In this document: positions 57,267-64,000 of the stretch, piece after piece
Position numbering within the stretch: position 1 is the stretch's first letter
Layout: every line of letters begins with the position of its first letter
Origin: Macrostomum lignano
Lineage: Eukaryota
Reading direction: 5' to 3'
DNA length: 64,000 bases
NCBI GenBank assembly: GCA_002269645.1
Contig: NIVC01001406.1
Span: 186,001-250,000, forward strand
Notes under the pieces: model-generated
Database searches by the model: none
What the model saw: only the letters and a program-made list of their open reading frames with translations
Told to the model about the DNA's origin: nothing
Made by a program: the position numbers and the translations under genes

Positions 57267-58805
57267 CGAAGGGCACTGCAAAAGTTTTTAGCCACAAATC
57301 AGCTGTTTGTCCAATCAGCTTCATTTTTTTTCACAGGCTTACATGCCAATACAAATGACCATGACGGATAAAACTTCACGCAAATATCTTGCAGCCTTCA
57401 GCTGCTGGACCAGATAACTTCAGCACCTCTGCCCACTTTCCAGCAGAGCTCGTAGAACTTTCGTGCTATGACCTTTTATGACTATCGCAGCGGCCTTGAT
57501 TGCCGCCAGTGCCACGAAGGCTGTCAGCCACTGGCGGCGCAGGGGGGGGGGGCACCTGCCCCGGGTGACCACAGGTCATTGCCTCAAGGGGTGACCACCC
57601 CACCATCCCCACGGCCCTGAAAAGACCCTAGGAAGGGAAGGCAGATGGTCACCCCCTGCTATGCAACTTGCACTTGCATCAATGATTAAAAATGCATTTT
57701 TATAAGAATTTTCGTGTTGTACAATCGTTTTGTTAATTTGTTCGTAATTTTTTACTTTCTTTGAAAATTTGTGTTCTAATTCAAATGTTTTTATTTGTTT
57801 AATTACGATTGGTAGGGGAAGGGGGGCGACAACCTAACTACTGCCCCCCCCCCCTAACCGGAGATACTGCGCCGCCACTGCTGTCAGCGGCTTTCGCAGA
57901 AGCTGCTTCATCGCCTACGACCGTCAGCAACAGGTTCCGTGAGTTTCGTCGTGGCTGAGACACGATGGAAGATGAGAAGCGTACAGACCGACCTTCAACT
58001 GCCAGGACACCAGAAACAGTGGTTAGTGTCCGCCAGCTGGTAGAAGCTGACAGGCGGATAACCTACAAGGAGATCAAGGCATTCATTCGCCGACAATCGC
58101 TAAAAATCTTTACCACCACATTGGCTTGTGCAAGCTGATCAGTAGCTGGGTGCCCCACCTGCTGCAGCCTGAACAGAAATATGCCAGTGTCGATTGGTGC
58201 CACCAGATGCTACAGAAGTACAGTGATGGAGCATCGAAAAGCGGTCGCCAACATTGTGACAGGCGACGAGACTTGAATGTACTGCTATGAGGCAGAGCGC
58301 AAGTGCAAGTCGCAGGTGTGGGCGTTTCCAGATGAGGTGCTACCATGCCAACAAAGGTCGTGCAAGGCAGGAGCACCAGCAAGCAGATGGTTGCAACTTT
58401 TTTGCATTGCTCAGGTCACAGGGCAACTGTGCAGCTGCTAGACTAGTGCTCCTAGTATACTGGCCTAGTATAATGGCATCTGGTTGCCACAGGTCATCCA
58501 CAGCCTGAGCAAGACATATCTAAAGTCCAGTGTCCAAGGCCTCAGGACAATGGGAGTACTCACATGGCTCAGGCAACATGGCCATTCCTGCAGACCTAGG
58601 GACTGCAGCTGACCAGTCAACCCCTATACTCTTGGCACTGACTTTTTTGTGCTCCCTAAAGTCAAAGACTCCCTATGTGACTAGAATTTTTTTACTGCAG
58701 AGGCTATTGATGCATTCCATGAGATAGAAAAGGGTTGTCGACATCTACGTGGCAGCTTAGCTGCTTCCATTCAGATATAGCTAAAAACTTTTGCAGCACC
58801 CCTTG
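57267..58805 (+). mobile_element. Decayed mariner-family transposon with TA TSD and pseudogenised transposase
   Basis: TIRs TA|CGAAGGGCACTGCAAAAGTTTTTA and its near complement at 58782-58807. Remnants NFRAMTFYDYRSGL, EDEKRTDRPST, WVPHLLQPEQK, IVTGDET*MYCYE and a degenerate YSPDLAP region. Confidence 0.88.
57529..57880. mobile_element. 352-bp hAT-type MITE inserted in the mariner transposase
   Basis: TIR CA(C/G)TGGCGGCGCAG; perfect 8-bp TSD CTGTCAGC at 57521-28 and 57881-88. Confidence 0.9.
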
Positions 58806-59049
58806 TAGTTTATTGTTTATTTTAAAAAAATCATACTGTTTGCCAACAAAAAAGTGGCAAACAAAATGACTATGCATCCTATTATATACCATAGAGGAAT
58901 TTTTAGACTTTCTAATCTGATAATAGATAAGTCTTAATGACTATAGCAACAATATCTAAGACAATAATATAACTATATAGTCGTAAGATATAAACATTGA
59001 TTTTAGGTAAATAACTCTCATTTCTTCCTACTAGGCCATAGTCAGGATC

Positions 59050-59098
<49 letters not shown>

Positions 59099-59554
59099 TA
59101 GAATTTAGCTAAAGCATTTAAATTTGCACTAGATAGGTATGTCAAGCAAAATACAATAGTTTACGAAGTATACTAATAGTAATAGACAGTCTAAATTATC
59201 TTAGCCGTCCTCCTAGGGCTTAGCTGAATCTATATAAATACAACTTGATAGGAAGATAAATTACTAAAAGTAAAAAGTTTTCTATGAAACAATTATTATC
59301 ATTAATATTATATACTGTATATTTATAAAATATTAGCAAAAACATTGTCTAATTATATGTTCTATAACTTTATATATTTTTTTTTACTAAAATTTTAAAT
59401 AAATAAAATATAAAAACTGAATATTTTATAGTGCAAATGTGATTTCTAACTTAACTTAAACTTTAACTTAATATAACTTTTGTTATGTTTAAACAAACAA
59501 TAAATGGATAGCATAGACTTTTTAAGTCTAGAATATTTGCACATTAATACACTA

Positions 59555-62667
<3,113 letters not shown>

Positions 62668-64000
62668 TCTCTACATATAAAAATCAAAACTCTGTCTGTC
62701 TGTGTGTGTGTCTGTATACAAATTTGATCGTTATGGACTCCCAAACCGCTCAAACAAATGACACCAAACTTTACACCCACCCTAAACTTACTACGGAGAA
62801 TGTCTTAGGCTACCTTTTAATTTCCTAAATTTGAGTCTTCCCACCTAAAAGTGCAAAAAACTGCTCAAAATGCGCAATTTTTTAACTAAATCCTCCATAG
62901 CGCCGCTCCACTTCTACCGATTCTCTTTAAATTTGACACAGATAATCTTTAACTATTTTGGCACAATCATGTAAAATTTCGAGTCTCAAAGTTAATCCTG
63001 AGCGGTGCTGTGCACTTTTAAAGTTAGGCTGTTTTTTTCAGCGTGGCAACCACCCCAACCTCCGCCCGCCTGCCTCTCTTTCCCGATACCGATCTGAGCC
63101 CAGATGTGTAAAATGGTTTCAAAATTGACTAGCTTTCAGCTGCCATAAGTTTGCTCCACGTAAAGCGATTGACTTTAAACTTGACACAATTCTTCATTGA
63201 CTCATTCTCTATCTAAATGTAAAGTTTCAACTCTGTAACTCAACCGAAAAAGAAACTGTAAGCATGTGAAGTTTGTCTGCTTTTTCTGTTGTTTGTGCCA
63301 CTCACTCACTCATTCCCCAGAGCCAGACGAAGGGTCAGGCGATAGGACTGAATGTACATAGCAAATGTACAGTGTTTTGGAATAACTTTATTTATAGCCT
63401 TCTCTGCACCCCGAGAGTGGAGAGGCGTGGAGAGGAGAGAGTTTAGCGAGAGATTCAACCACTGTCCTCACTCCTGTGTATAAGACAAGTCTGCAGGAGT
63501 TAAACAAGGATGGCAAATCAAGGCGATGTGGGATGGTTTTTAAAAATAGCGAAAAATTAATGATTACAATGAACTGATTACAATGCAATCCTACTAAATT
63601 GCTTACACCATGAAAATTTTAACATTAAGATACGAATAAGGTACTTGAAAATTTAAATAACCTCCTAAGAAATGCGTATTTCCTTGGTTGTTAGACTGCT
63701 GCAGACTGTGGTGGTGGAGCTAGAGAATGGAGATACACAAATTCCTCTCAGGACTGCTAATTGGCCAGAAAGAGCACGAGAAATTATAACAACCATGATA
63801 GTACTACGTCCCACAAACTGGATTTCGAAGCAGGGATCGGCAGATTTTTATCTCAAAGGCCAGATAAAGAATCAAGCTTATGGCTGCGGGGCAGATGAGA
63901 GTGAAAAGGAAAAGGAGTAGACTATTAGAAAGGGAGGAGGGGCGAGAGGGGATAAGAGAATAGATAGAAGATATCAGGAGAGACGAGGGGGTCGAGGGCA
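62668..64000 (+). mobile_element. Second, diverged Helitron-like unit in direct tandem (runs off the window)
   Basis: Colinear with 59555-~60850 over more than 1.2 kb. Confidence 0.6.

Overview
Eukaryotic (animal) genomic DNA. GC-rich, Ala/Ser-rich exons sit in AT-rich introns packed with minisatellites; this style suggests a flatworm such as Macrostomum (inference only). The main gene is a ~44.5-kb, ~15-exon minus-strand gene (about 57005->12560) encoding ~1300 aa with spectrin-like repeats, tandem W-acidic motifs (LWDHY, LQWEAD) and a C-terminal TM segment, i.e. a Klarsicht/nesprin(KASH)-like architecture. A complete 3-coding-exon kinesin light chain gene (42210-45031, +) is nested antisense in one of its introns. 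Another intron holds a full-length Mag-type Ty3/Gypsy LTR retrotransposon (34333-38959, -, ACTAT TSD). Its integrase tail is interrupted by nt 1-57 of its own primer tRNA-Ser(GCT), with substitutions at positions known to be modified. Also present: two orphan membrane-protein genes at the left end, a decayed mariner carrying a hAT MITE, a long-TIR foldback-like element, a CCC..GGG TIR element, a CORE-type tRNA SINE, Helitron-like units (one head-to-tail junction) and ~20 tandem repeats. Most long ORFs in the supplied track are repeat artefacts. Exon models were built by hand from splice-site and phase consistency; none has transcript support.
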